64,000 nt of DNA, taken from Eledone cirrhosa (Eukaryota). Of this stretch, positions 40,050 through 52,600 are shown one piece after another. Positions within the stretch are counted from its first letter, which is position 1, and each line of letters starts with the position of its first letter. The notes under the pieces are model-generated. The model was not told where the DNA came from. It worked only from the letters and a program-made list of their open reading frames with translations, and made no database searches. The stretch is from positions 79,546,001 through 79,610,000 of the forward strand of contig OZ024740.1 in the NCBI GenBank assembly GCA_964016885.1, written 5' to 3'. The position numbers and the translations under genes were made by a program.

Positions 40050-40567
40050 TTTCCACGAGTGATGGAAGGCAGAAGGCTGAATTAAATGCAAAGGGGATAG
40101 ATGTAAAAGCTAAACTCACTACTTTCAATTCGGTTTTTGTGCCAACCCTTACATTTAGTCATGAACCTTGGGTAATGACAGAATACAAATGGCCGAAATA
40201 AGGTTCTTCCGAAAGGTCTTTGGAGCAACTAAACTTGATAAAGTACGTAATTCGGAGATCAGGGTGTCTCTCCAGGTAAAGCTACGTATTCCTGAATTGA
40301 GAAATCACAGCTCTGATACTATGGATATGTGGTTAGAATGTTTAATGAAAAAAAATCGGTGGACAAATTTTACGAGCAAAAGTAATCGGCAGGAAACTTA
40401 AGGGTAGACGCTGAACAAGATGGTTGGATAACATTCATCCATTTAGTTAGTCTCGCCTATGGATCAAGCCAGAGCAATAGGAGACGGTTTGTTTCTGATA
40501 GGTGATCCTCTGAGCTGAGAACGTTGCCTCAAAACCCTCCCAAGAAGAAGATGAAGAAGAAGAAGAA
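40050..40567 (+). mobile_element. (GAA)n-tailed RTE LINE 3' fragment
   Basis: AEIRFFRKVFG.TKLDKVRNSEIR; GAA tail. Confidence 0.8.
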
Positions 40568-40574
40568 ATATAAT

Positions 40575-40986
40575 TGTTTCTACTTTTGGCACAAGGCCAG
40601 CAATTATCCCAGTGTATTACTGGTACTTTATTTTATCGACCCCGTAAGGATGAAAGGCAAAGTTAACCTCGGCGGGATTTGAACTCAGACCATAAAGGGC
40701 CGTAACTCTTTGCTACAAAGCATGGCGTCCGACCCTCTACTGATACTGCCAATCCAGAAGAAGAAATATAATGTTAATTTCTTATAGAAGAAAAGCTATA
40801 ATAATTGTTTCTACTATTGGCACAAGGCCAGCAATTACCCAGTACATTACTGGTACTTTATTTTATCGACCTCGTAAGGATGAAAGGCAAAGTTAACCTC
40901 GACGGGATTTGAACTCAGACCGTAAAGGGACGTAACTATGCTAGAAAGCATGGTGTCCAACCCTCTACCGATACTGCCAATTCACC
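40575..40986 (-). mobile_element. Two adjacent family A SINEs, each with its own TSD
   Basis: 40575-40755 flanked by AGAAGAAGAAATATAAT; 40806-40986 flanked by AAGCTATAATAAT. Confidence 0.8.
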
Positions 40987-41009
40987 AAGCTATAATAATA
41001 GTGATGCGT

Positions 41010-41173
41010 GATGTGGAAGAGCGGAGGATAAACAAACCAGGGATTTCGCCAACCACGTCCTTTTTGTGTTGGTTGCTGTCGAGACTTCTGGTGTCCCTGC
41101 TCCCAGAACTGCAAAATTGGAGACCTGTCAGATGTAGTGGATGTCGCTGGCTGTTCTCTGCGACAATACCTTC

Positions 41174-41176
<3 letters not shown>
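41010..41176 (+). mobile_element. CRE-clade-like RLE endonuclease C-terminal fragment
   Basis: LFVLVAVETSG and MSLAVLCDNTFA resemble the F.P.AVET.G and LS.A..RGN termini of RLE elements. Confidence 0.5.
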
Positions 41177-41239
<63 letters not shown>

Positions 41240-41250
41240 ATAACAGCAGC

Positions 41251-41285
<35 letters not shown>

Positions 41286-41292
41286 CAGTAGA

Positions 41293-41333
<41 letters not shown>

Positions 41334-41352
41334 TAGTAGTAGTAACAGCAGT

Positions 41353-41412
<60 letters not shown>
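41175..41412. repeat. (CAG/TAG)n compound microsatellite
   Basis: Directly visible. Confidence 0.95.
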
Positions 41413-41413
<1 letters not shown>

Positions 41414-41899
41414 TATGATCACATTAACCAATGAGTCCTTCTTCTTTTCAAAGGTATGGTGGGATATGAGGCTGGTTTAGTTGATATTTCTAGCAGTTGG
41501 GCCAACCGCTTAAAAGCTCACTAACTGAATGAAGATACTATGTGGGATGGACCTCAGTCGGTTTCGATAATGAGTGTTCCAGCTTGCTCATAAAATTAAT
41601 GATTAAGAGGCTGAGCATTCCACAGACACGTGTACCCCTAGCGTAGTTCTCAGGGAGATTCAGCGTGACAAAAAGCTGACTCTTTGAATTACAAGTACTC
41701 ATTCAAATAAAGTGTCTTGTTTAAAGACACAATGCGCTGCCAGGAATTGAATTCACGAGTTCACGACAGTGGGCCGAACAACGTAGATATTAAGCCAAGT
41801 TCCTTCACTTAAGGAACCACTACGTAGATCCATCAGATCTACGACCAAATATCTACCAGGCGTTACTGTTGTTGTTATGGATTCCCAGTGTAGTTTTAG

Positions 41900-42240
41900 C
41901 TCTGCATCTCATAGCCGGTTTCGTTGATGCTTTAACAATAGGGGCCCAGCTTATCTCATAGGTGGATTATTGGATGATTTAATGATATGGGCCCCAACGT
42001 AACTCATAGCCAGTTTCTTGGGTGTTTTAATGATAGGGCTCCAGCTTAACATACAGGTGGTTTCTAAGGTGCTTTAATAATAGGGTCCCAGCTTAACTCA
42101 TAGGTGGTTTCATGGATGTTTTAATGATAGAGGCCCTAGCTGAACTCATAGCCAGTTCCTTGGATGTGTTAATGATAAGGGCCCCAGCTTAACCCAAATG
42201 TGGTTTCTTGAACGTTTTAATGATAGGGGTCCTAGTCCTA
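41900..42240. repeat. Diverged 47-48 bp tandem repeat, about 7 copies
   Basis: TTTAATGATAGGG..CCAGCTTAACTCATAG..GGTTTC recurring at ~41978, 42026, 42073, 42120, 42168 and 42216. Confidence 0.8.
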
Positions 42241-42491
42241 TCATGTCACCATGTTTTTGCTGACAGGAGACAGGATTTGAACTCAGAACTCAATAACCAG
42301 AACAAGGCGTAGCTGGGGAGGGGAAGCTGTCTATCCAAGGTAACATATTTATGGGAGGCAGCACTTTTGGGTCTGTTGTATATATTTGAGAATGTGGGTT
42401 GGGAAGGGAGGTGGTGATGGACTGAAGGGCTTCCCCGGGCGGCACACACTAGTGCTACGTTACAGTTGTCTTCGGCTATTTCTTTATGTAC

Positions 42492-42895
42492 TCTCAGGGC
42501 TGGAATAATCGTCCCCCTCCCCCTCCCCCACCGGTTTTTTTTTTTCAATTTTTTCCACCACCCCGCTATTTCCCCCACACCAACCCCGCCTTTAAACATT
42601 TTTCTAATCTATTACCGGCGAAATTTTATTTTAAGTGGTAACATTCCTGTGACAATTATTTTTCTTTATATACTAAAAAAAATTATACATGACAAAAAAA
42701 AAATACATCACTAGAAATCCCCATACGTTATAAAATAAATAAGATGGGTTGGGGCCTCAATATGTAAACTAAATGACTAATTCTTTAAGAAAAAAAAATC
42801 AACAGAGACAACCAAGAAACATTACCGATTTCCCCCACCCCAACCCCACTAATTCCACCCCACCCCACCCCCACTATTATTTGGGGCCCAAGAGT
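42492..42895 (-). mobile_element. TA-flanked MITE family M, copy D (empty)
   Basis: TA|CTCTCAGGGCTGGAATAAT ... ATTATTTGGGGCCCAAGAG|TA; reverse complement of copy A. Confidence 0.8.
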
Positions 42896-43259
42896 ATATA
42901 TACCAGCTCCGAAAGAATGAGCGGTCAAGTTGACGGCGGCGAGATTTGGATTTAGAATGTAAAGAAAAAAGGCCACGACGTTCTAACGACTCTAACAATT
43001 TGTAGTGATCATTCTTCAATGATCTTCATTCCTTGTTAAAGATACTAGTGTGTGGTTTGAAGGAAATTTGACTGTTTATTCGCACATGTCGTTCACATAT
43101 GTAAAAGTCTCCTTAGCACCCGAAACCACCGCGGGTTTATGGTGTACAACTATTTGATTTAAAATGTCCATATTCAAATTTAAACCTGCCATCATAATTT
43201 TATATAGGAACCTTCCTTAAGTTATGCTCAAGCACTAGATAAATAGGGAAAAAGAATTA

Positions 43260-43425
43260 TTCTTCTTCGCCCATTTATTTCTGAGAAGGTCGTGGGAGCA
43301 GAATCCTCAAACACTCCTTCCAGCGGCTCCTGTCAGAAGCAAATGTTTCTAATCGATCCGGCTGGATCCCCAAGCGAGATCAGCCGAGCTCATGGATGTT
43401 ATCCAACCATCTTGCTCGGGGTCTA
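43260..43425 (-). mobile_element. Short 3' end of the (GAA)n-tailed RTE LINE
   Basis: Matches 47320-47485. Confidence 0.75.
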
Positions 43426-43829
43426 AGTTAGTTATATCATTACCAGTAAGGCGGAGAATTGGCAGTATCGCTAGAGCGTCAGACACCATGCTTTGCAGCA
43501 TAGAGGTATGTCCCTTTACGTTCTGAGTTCAACTCCCGCCGCCGAGGTTAACTTTGCCTTTCATCCTTACGGGGTCGATAAAATAAAGCACTAGTAATGT
43601 ACTAAGGTAATTGCTGGCCTTGTACCAAAAGTAGAAATATTTATTACCAGTAATGCACTGGGTCGATTTAATCGACTTTCCTCTCTCCCCAAATTGTTCC
43701 TCTTGTGCCTATAGTAGAAATCATAATTAGTTCCTGTATATCTTAACTATTTTCAAAACGATTTAAAAAGTATATTTAGTATGTTTCATTAGAACTAGAA
43801 TAACAACACAGTTAAACAGATATTTAAAT

Positions 43830-44080
43830 ATGATATAATGAAAATATTGTGTACAGTGCTCAGGTGCACTACAACTCATCAAAAGTGCATGTATAGTACA
43901 TAGGGTAATGTACAAACGTCAGGAAAATGAACAGTGCATGAGTCATGATATACACGTGTGCATGTGTATGGAAGGGGGACATCAGGTGTAGTTTTGGCGA
44001 ATTTCAGGAAGCATGAGGGTTTTAAAGGACGCAGTGTCTCGGCAGCTAACAACTGACGCAGGCAGTTTGTTCCATGCTTC
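43830..44080 (-). mobile_element. CR1-like LINE 3' end
   Basis: EAWNKLPASVVSCRDTASFK...* plus 3' UTR; the same UTR end recurs at ~32712-32830. Confidence 0.75.
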
Positions 44081-44352
44081 TCATTAACATCTAAGTTACA
44101 GAAGAAATACCTGTCTGAAATATATTAACTTATTATAAAACGATTTTATCATTCTGTTTATTTCCATATAGATACTTTGTAATTTAGGCAGTCTGGGGTA
44201 GATATCAGAGAACGGCGGCGGTGATGGCGGTGGTGGTGGGGGTAGTATGTGGTGGTGGTGTCATCGGCAGTGGTGGCAAATATTAGTGGTATGGGCAGTC
44301 TTAAAGACAAAAAAAATAATCGTGTTTCTACAATAGATAGTGATAGATAGAC

Positions 44353-44433
<81 letters not shown>

Positions 44434-44506
44434 ATATTATATATATTATATTATATATATTATATTATATATATTATATTATATTATATTATATATATAT
44501 ATATAT

Positions 44507-44630
44507 ATAGGAACCAGTAAGACCCCGACAGCTGAGCTCAAGCCGTTTCGACGGCTAATTCTGGACTCGAGTCCAGAATTAGCCGTCGAAACGGCTTGAG
44601 CTCAGCTGTCGGGGTCTTACTGGTTCCTAT
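44507..44630. repeat. Perfect 124-bp palindrome without spacer
   Basis: 62-bp arms are exact reverse complements, centre CTC|GAG at 44568/44569. Confidence 0.95.
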
Positions 44631-44773
44631 TACCCACTCTACTACCTCAAGTATTGAGTACTTTGGTGCGTTATGGTCCACCTGGTTCCTTACCACATTT
44701 CCTTCGTTATATATATATATATATATATTATATATTTATATTATATTATATATATATATATATATATTTATAT

Positions 44774-44840
<67 letters not shown>

Positions 44841-45017
44841 TATATATATATACATATACGTATACACACACATACATGTATACACACACACACACATAAA
44901 TATATATATATACATATACATATACACACACATACATGTATACACACACACACACACACGAGGTACACTCAAGAAAATTTGAATTTTTTTCTTTTCAGGC
45001 ACTTTTAATTGAACTTG

Positions 45018-45058
<41 letters not shown>

Positions 45059-45103
45059 ACGCGCACGTGCGTGTGTGTGTGTGCGCGTGTGTGTATGTAT
45101 GTA

Positions 45104-45162
<59 letters not shown>

Positions 45163-45184
45163 TTAAGGTAAATATTGATGCACA

Positions 45185-45609
45185 ATATATTCTGAGTGTC
45201 AGACAGTGCTGTTTCAAGATGTGTTAATCTTTCATAGGTGACACTCACTTAGAACGTATTGGCATGAAATAGACTATAGTCTATATAGAATTTTTGGTGA
45301 TGATCACTGCATATAAACGTATTATATAGGTTTATATATGAAAACATACATAACACCTCTATTATGTTTAAACGCTGTCTTAGTGTTACCAATTACATAT
45401 ACACAGCCAAGCTCACACTATATGGAAATGACTACTTCTAGCCGATGATTGCTATTTGCTATATGCAAGTAAACCTGCCCCATAAGTGATCATCATGCAA
45501 AATTCTATATAGATTATTGTCTATTTCATGCCACGATATTTTGAGTGGGTGTCACAGATAACAGATTAACAAATCTTGAAACAGCGTTGTCTGACATTCT
45601 CAGAATATA
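45185..45609. mobile_element. Fold-back element or long-TIR MITE with ~120-bp diverged arms
   Basis: TATTCTGAGTGTCAGACA...GATGATCACT versus AGTGATCATC...TGTCTGACATTCTCAGAATA; next to (TA)n. Confidence 0.75.
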
Positions 45610-45924
45610 CTAGCAACTCTGTAATATATTCACAGAGGAAAATGGAAGAAAATAAAATATTTTTCGTTGTGAAAATACATTTTTCTTCGGTAGCTATGCT
45701 ACCCAATTATATATATGTATGTACGTATACATACATACTTACATTTAAGTAAGTGCCATACTAAGAGTGAGAAATTAAATTTCGTTTTCATTTTTTTTCA
45801 ACTTGTCGTTTTCGGTATGCCTGACCGATTTAACTCACTCAATATGCAAATTAGGCTGCTCAGCCGTTAATTTTCATAAGGAAAGTATATACTTTCGAAC
45901 GTTCAACTATCTGGCAGATGGGTA

Positions 45925-45969
45925 AACGGTGCTGATGATAGCTAACAAGCTTGAAACTAGTACATCGTT
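45925..45969 (+). ncRNA. Minimal type I hammerhead ribozyme, best-preserved copy
   Basis: aacggtg-CTGATGA-tagct aaca agctt-GAAA-ctag-TA-catcgtt: 7-bp stem I (one G.U), 4-bp stem II, palindromic stem III ACTAGT, GUA site. Confidence 0.8.
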
Positions 45970-46127
45970 CCTGTGTCAGTGTTGAACAAAAAGGTGACGT
46001 GGTTGCCTTAACACCGTATGGCATAAATTCAGGCTGTTCGATTTGTTGACAAACAAGCGAACAAAGCTGCGTTATAATAAACGTCGGCTAAACTGATGCG
46101 TGCATATATGTATGTGTACCTGTATGC

Positions 46128-46170
<43 letters not shown>

Positions 46171-46223
46171 TGCTACTGTACGTCTGTATACATATATGTA
46201 TGTACGTATACATACATACTTAC

Positions 46224-46315
<92 letters not shown>

Positions 46316-46357
46316 ATTCATTTACACAAATATATATATATATATCTGTGTGTGTGT

Positions 46358-46429
<72 letters not shown>

Positions 46430-46650
46430 GTCTGTAAGTGCTGATGTTTTGATAGACGGAAAGAGAACATGAAATAAGATGGTTACATCGTTTGTAATGT
46501 CAACAACGTGAACTTCCCCGGTGAACTAAACATTATGAGCCAAGTAATGAAACAAAAAGGAGAAAAACAAACATCATATGATTATGATATCTTCCATTTT
46601 GTCTTTTTAAGTGTAAGTACGGCAGTGTCACCGATTTACGGTTATTACAA

Positions 46651-46652
<2 letters not shown>

Positions 46653-46694
<42 letters not shown>

Positions 46695-46920
46695 GAAGAA
46701 AGGGGTGGTGGGGTGGAGGAGGAGAAAAAGAAAGGTGGGGAGGAGGAGAAGGAAGAAGAAGAAGAAGAAGAAGAAGAAGAAGAAGAAGAAGAAGAAGAAG
46801 ATATAGAAGAGGAGGAAGAAGAAGCAGAAGAAGAAGAAGAAGAAGAAGAAGAAGAAGAAGAAGAGGAGGAGGAGGAGGAGGAGGAGGAGGAGGAGGAGGA
46901 GGAAGATAGGGGAGGAGGGG
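46653..46920. repeat. (GAT)n/(GAA)n/(GAG)n compound microsatellite
   Basis: Directly visible. Confidence 0.9.
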
Positions 46921-47128
46921 AAGGGTTCTAGCCCTTAAACGATTATGTACCTAAAATCCGTTTGTGCAGCGACTTTAGAAGCTACACACCCTGTCACATA
47001 GGAAATCAACTATTACGATTGTCATTTTAAAAAGCTGTCTCCTCGGTTTTTTTTTATAATCACGTATTTTCCAACTGATAAAGTGTTTCCTGTTACATTA
47101 TAATCTCTGTGAGAAGATATATTATATA

Positions 47129-47975
47129 CTCCTGCTTACTCCCAAATAATAGGGGAAGAGTGGAATCGGTAATTATTTTAGGTTCTCTGTGTTGATTTAA
47201 AAAAAACCCAGAATTAGTCATTTAGTTTGCATATTGAAACCCCAACCATTCTTCTTCTTCTTCTTCTTCTTCTTCTTCTTCTTCTTCTTCTTCTTCTTCT
47301 TCTTCTTCTTCTTCTTCTTCTTTTTCGCCCCTTTATTTCCGAGAGGGTCGTGGGTGCAGAATCATCAAACACTCCTTCCAGCGGGTCCTGTCAGAAGCAA
47401 CCGTCTCCAAGTGATCTGGCTGGATCCCCAAGCGAGACCAGCCAAATTCATGGATGCTATCCAACCATCTTGCTTGGGGTCTACCCATGGGTCTCCTCCC
47501 AGTTGGTTTTGCCCGTAAACTCTGTCCAGCGATTCTTTCCTGAAACATTCTACCCACATGCCCGTAGTATCGGAGCTGTGATCTCTCAATTCGGAGAAGT
47601 AGTGGCTCTACCTGGAGTGACTCTCTGATCTCCAAGCTACGCATTCTATCAAGTAACGTTACACCAAAAACCTTTCGGAGGAACCCCATTTCGGCCGATT
47701 GTATTCGCAATCGTATTCTTTCGGTCATTACCCAAGATCCATGGTCTTCTTATTTATTTTATTACGTATGGGATTTCTATTAATGTAATTTTTTGGTCAT
47801 GGATAATATTTTTTAATGTATAAAGAAAATGAATTGTCGCAAGAATGCTAGCACTTAAAATAAAATTTCGCCGGAGATTGATTAGCAAAATTTAATAAAT
47901 GGGGGTGTGGGGTGGAAAAAATCTGAAAAATTAATATGCGGAGGCGTGGGGAGACGATTATTTGAGATCCGAGAA
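47129..47975 (+). mobile_element. TA-flanked MITE family M, copy C, interrupted by an RTE LINE
   Basis: The halves match copies A, B and D; ends ATTATTTGAGATCCGAGAA|TA. Confidence 0.8.
47249..47743 (-). mobile_element. (GAA)n-tailed RTE LINE 3' fragment, well preserved
   Basis: Open 131-aa frame AEMGFLR...RSQLRYYGHVGRM...GRRPMGRPQARW and a long (TTC)n tail. Confidence 0.88.
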
Positions 47976-49137
47976 TAATTAAATCAATTAAGATCAGATT
48001 TTGTTTAAGTGAGCTCTTTATGAAATCGCTTCCCACTTTCAAGTGATATGTCTCACTCTGAAATTATATGTACTCACTTAGAATTATAAATATTGTAGTT
48101 TCCTTGGTCCGATCCTACGATCGACACCCTTTCCTTTGATCTGATGAATTGATGTGATATTATATGATAGCATTTTATACTTAACTTAAATACAGCATTC
48201 AGAAACAACACCGAACACGGAAGGCTTCGGACCCGGTGCCGGATTTAGGACAAATCAGACCCCGTACTAGTTAAGTTATGAGGCCCCTTATTTGGGCTCA
48301 GAAGGAGCTAAACATTTTTTGGGGGGCAAGAAGATGGGTTCCCCTGGCCAACGGGGGAACCCAAGGTGACGGAGAAATATGTGGAGTTATAAAGAAGTTA
48401 TTCTGTGAAGCAATGCCACAAAAGTCACGCGATAGTGCATGGTTTAGCAGTATCGGTAGAGAGTCGGACGCTATACTTTGCAGCATAGAGTTACGGTCCT
48501 TTACGGTCTGAGTTCAAATCCAGGCGAGGTTAACTTTGCTTTCATCCTTCGGGGTCGATAAAATAAAGCACCAGTAACGTACTGGAGTCGATTTAATCGA
48601 CTCTCCCTCCCCCCAAATTACTGTCTTGTGCCTATACTAGAAATCATTATTAGATTCCCGAGGGGCGGTGGATTGGCAGAGCGCCGGACATATGTTAAGC
48701 AGTATATATTCCGGCTGTTTATGTTCTGTGTTCAAATCCCACCGAGATCAACTGTGCCTTTCAGCTTTCCGAAGTCGACAAAATACAGTAGCAGTAAAGA
48801 ATTGGAGTCGATATATTCGACTTTTCAATCCCAACAAATTGCTGGTTTTATGCCTAAATTAGAAATCGTTATTGATTCACGACAAAGCTTTTGTTATGTC
48901 CCTCTTTGGTCAAACTACACATAATGACGACATCTATATATAGACATAACGAGGCTTCCAACTCGTTTTCACGAATAACATTGTCTATGATTCATTGCTA
49001 ATGCAACACTGTTTTTATGACCAATGTTAAAACGTTTAAATTAAATTGTCCGTCTACCTCTAAAGCTATAAATACCTTATCTTTACAAAAGCAGAGAGTA
49101 CTTTAAAAAAAAATTTAAGAAGGTACTAGCTGGCCCG

Positions 49138-49323
49138 CAGTGTCGAATTTACCATTGTGCTTAGGTGTGCTTAAGCACAGGGCCCTGTTGGCCAGGGGCA
49201 GGGGGCTATCTTTCTGACAAAAAAGTTTTTTACAATAAATTTTTCAAGTGTTTTTCAAATGTCAAACGTTCAAAGGGGATTCATAACTAGCAGAGGGCCT
49301 CATTTGTCCTAAACCCGGCACTG
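49138..49323. mobile_element. Possible hAT-like MITE
   Basis: CAGTGTCGAATTTA ... TAAACCCGGCACTG; a related end at ~48234-48275. No 8-bp TSD seen. Confidence 0.4.
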
Positions 49324-49631
49324 CTACCTCCATAGAAATTCCACTGTTTAATTAAAAGCACCCACCAAGTCATCCAGTATTAGGGATCAATATGAAATTT
49401 CAAATGTTTTATATATAAGTTTCATATATGAATGGACCTCTAATTCCTAATTGAATCATAGGGGCACTTTAAACCTGGCATATCCCACCCCCTTCCCACA
49501 ACTTGACAGGCGTTTTACGACACAGATTTTTTTTGTGGGGGAGGATGGTTGATTATTTTTTCAATCTCGAGAGATAGAAGGGTAAATTTAACCTAGGCGG
49601 TATTTGAATTAAGAACGTAGAAAGTCGTAAC

Positions 49632-52600
49632 AAAATTGAGACACTGAAGACAGCCACCAAAATTGGGACACTGAAGACAGCCAGCAAAATTTAGACACTG
49701 AAGACAGACAGCGAAATTGAGACACTGAAGGCAACCACCAAAATTGAGACACTGAAGATAGCCACCAAAATTGAGACACTGAAGATATCCACCAAAATTG
49801 AGACACTGAAGACAGCCACCAAAACTAAGACATTGAAGATAGCCGCCAAAATTGAGACACTGACGGCACCGACCAAAATTGAGGCACTGAACACAGCCAC
49901 CAAAATTGAAACACTGAAGATAGCCCACAAAATTGAGACACTGAAGAGAGCCACCAAAATTGAGACACCGAAAACAGCCACCAAAATTGAGACACTGAAG
50001 ACAGCCACCAAAATGGAGACACTGAAGACAGCCACAAAAATTGAGACACTGAATATAGCCATCAAAATTCAGACATTGAAGACAGTCACCAAAATTGAGA
50101 CACTGAAGACAGTCACCAAAATTGAGACACTGGAGATAATCACCAAATCTGAGACACTGAAGACAGCCACTAAAATTGAGACACTGAAGATAGCCGCCAA
50201 AATTGAGACATTGACGGCACCGACCAAAATTGAGGCACTGAACACAGCCACCAAAATTGAGACACTGAAGACAGCCACCAAAACTGAGACACTAAAACAG
50301 CCACCAAAATTGAAACACTGAAGATAGCCCACAAAATTGAGACACTGAAGACAGTCACCCAAATTGAGACACTGGAGACAGCCAGTAAAATTGAGACACT
50401 GATGATAACTACCTAAAATGAGAAAATGAAGACAGCCACCAAAATTGAGTCAATGAAGACAGCCAGCAAAATTGAGACACTTAGACAGCCACTAAAATTG
50501 AGACACTGAAGACAGCCACTAAAATTGAGACACTGAAGATAATCACCAAATCTGAGACACTGAAGACAGCCACTGAAATTGAGACACTGAAGACAGCCAC
50601 TAAAATTGAGACACTGAAGATAACCACCAAAATTGAGACACCGAAAACAGCCACCAAAATTGAGGCACTGAAGACAGCCACCAAAATGGAGACATCGAAG
50701 ACAGCCACAAAAATTGAGACACTGACTATAGCCACCACAATTCAGACATTGAAGACAGCCACCAAAAATTGAGACACTGGAGACAGCCACTAAAATTGAG
50801 ACACTGAAGACAATCAACAAATCTGAGACACTGAAGACAGCCACTAAAATTGAGACACTCAAGACAGCCACTAACAGTGAGACACTGAAGATAACCACTA
50901 AAATTGAGACACTGAAGACAGCCACCAACATTGAGACATTGAAGATAGTCACCAAAATTGTGACACTAAAGACAGCCTACAAAATTGAGACACTGAAGAC
51001 AGCCATAAAAATAGAGACACTGAAGACATCCACCAAAATTGAGACACTGACGACAGCCAGCAAAATTGAAACACTGAAGACAGCCAGCAAAACTGACACT
51101 GAGGACAGCCACAAATCTGAGACACTGAAAACAGCCACCAAAATTGAGACACTAAGACAGTCGCCAAAATTGAGACACTGAAGACAGCCACAACATCTGA
51201 GACACTGAAAACAGTCACCAAAACTGAGACACGGTAGATAGCCCCCAGAGTTGAGACACTGAAGACAGCCACCAAAACTGAGACACTGAAGACAGCCACT
51301 AAAATTGAGACACTGAAGAAAGCCACCAAAATTGAGACATTGACGACAGTCACCAAAATAGAGGCAATGAAGACAGTCTTCACAATTGGGACACTGAAGA
51401 TAGCCACCAATATTGAGACACTGAAAACAGCCACCAAATGTTAGACACTGAAGACAGCCACCAAAACTGAGACACGGAAGATAGCCCCCAAAGTTGAGAC
51501 ACTGAAGACAGCCACCAAAACTGAGACACTGAAGACAGCCTTCAAAATTGAGACACTGAAGCCAGCCACCAAAACTGAGACACTGAAGATAGCCACCAAA
51601 ATTAAGACATTTAAGACAGCCACCAAAATTGAGACATTGAAGACAGCCACCAAGATTGAGACACTAAGATAGCCACCAAAATTGAGACACTGAAGATAGC
51701 CATTAAATTGAGACACTGAAGATAGCCACTAAATTTGAGACACTGAAGATAGCCACTAAAATTGAGACACTGAAGATAGCCTTCAAAATTGAGAAATTGA
51801 AGCTAGCGACCAAAACTGAGACACTGAAGATAGGCACCAAAATTGAGACACTGAAGAAAGCCACCAAAATTAAGACATTGAAGACAGCGACCACAATTGA
51901 GAGACTAAGACAGCCACCAAAATTGAGACATTGAAGACAGCCACCAAATTTGAGATACTAAGACAGCCGCCAAAAGGAAGACAATGAAGATAGCCACAAA
52001 CATTGAGACAGTGAAGAAAGCCACCAAAACTGAGACACTGATGGCAGCCACCAAAATTGAGACAGTGAAGACAGCTACCAAAATAGAGACACTAAGACAG
52101 CCACAAAAATTGAGAAACTGAAGACAGCCACCAAAATTGAGACAATGAAGAGTGCCACTAAAATTGAGACACTGAAGATAACCACTAAAATAGAGACACT
52201 AAAGACTGCCACAAAATTGTGACACTGAAGATAACCACTAAAATTGAGACACTGAAGACAGCCTTCAAAATTGAGACACTGAAGACAGCCACCAAAATTG
52301 AGACACTGAAGATAACCACTAAAATAGAGAGACTGAAGACAGCAAATAAAATTGTGACACTGCAGATAACCAATAAATTTGAGACACTAAGACAGCCACC
52401 AAAATTGAGACACTCAAGACAACCAGCAAACGTGAGACACTGAAGACAGGCTCCAAAACTGACACACTGAAGACAGCCACTAACATTTAGACACTAAGAT
52501 AGCCATCAAAATTGAGACAATGAAGACAGACACCAAAATTGAGACACTGAATACAGCCACTAAAATTGAAACACTGAAGGCAGCCACCAAAATTGAGCCA

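Noticed and set aside
46650-46931. Poly-Asp/Glu acidic protein
   Set aside because: Pure trinucleotide microsatellite with no splice or domain support; the same applies to poly-YI/CV/S/L ORFs elsewhere.
48141-48210. CTGATGA hammerhead candidates here and at ~628, ~17012, ~18555 and ~19750
   Set aside because: No properly placed stem II plus GAAA and NUH.
48435-48530. tRNA genes at GAGTTCAAATCC motifs
   Set aside because: They are SINE heads followed by the SINE core; no full cloverleaf.
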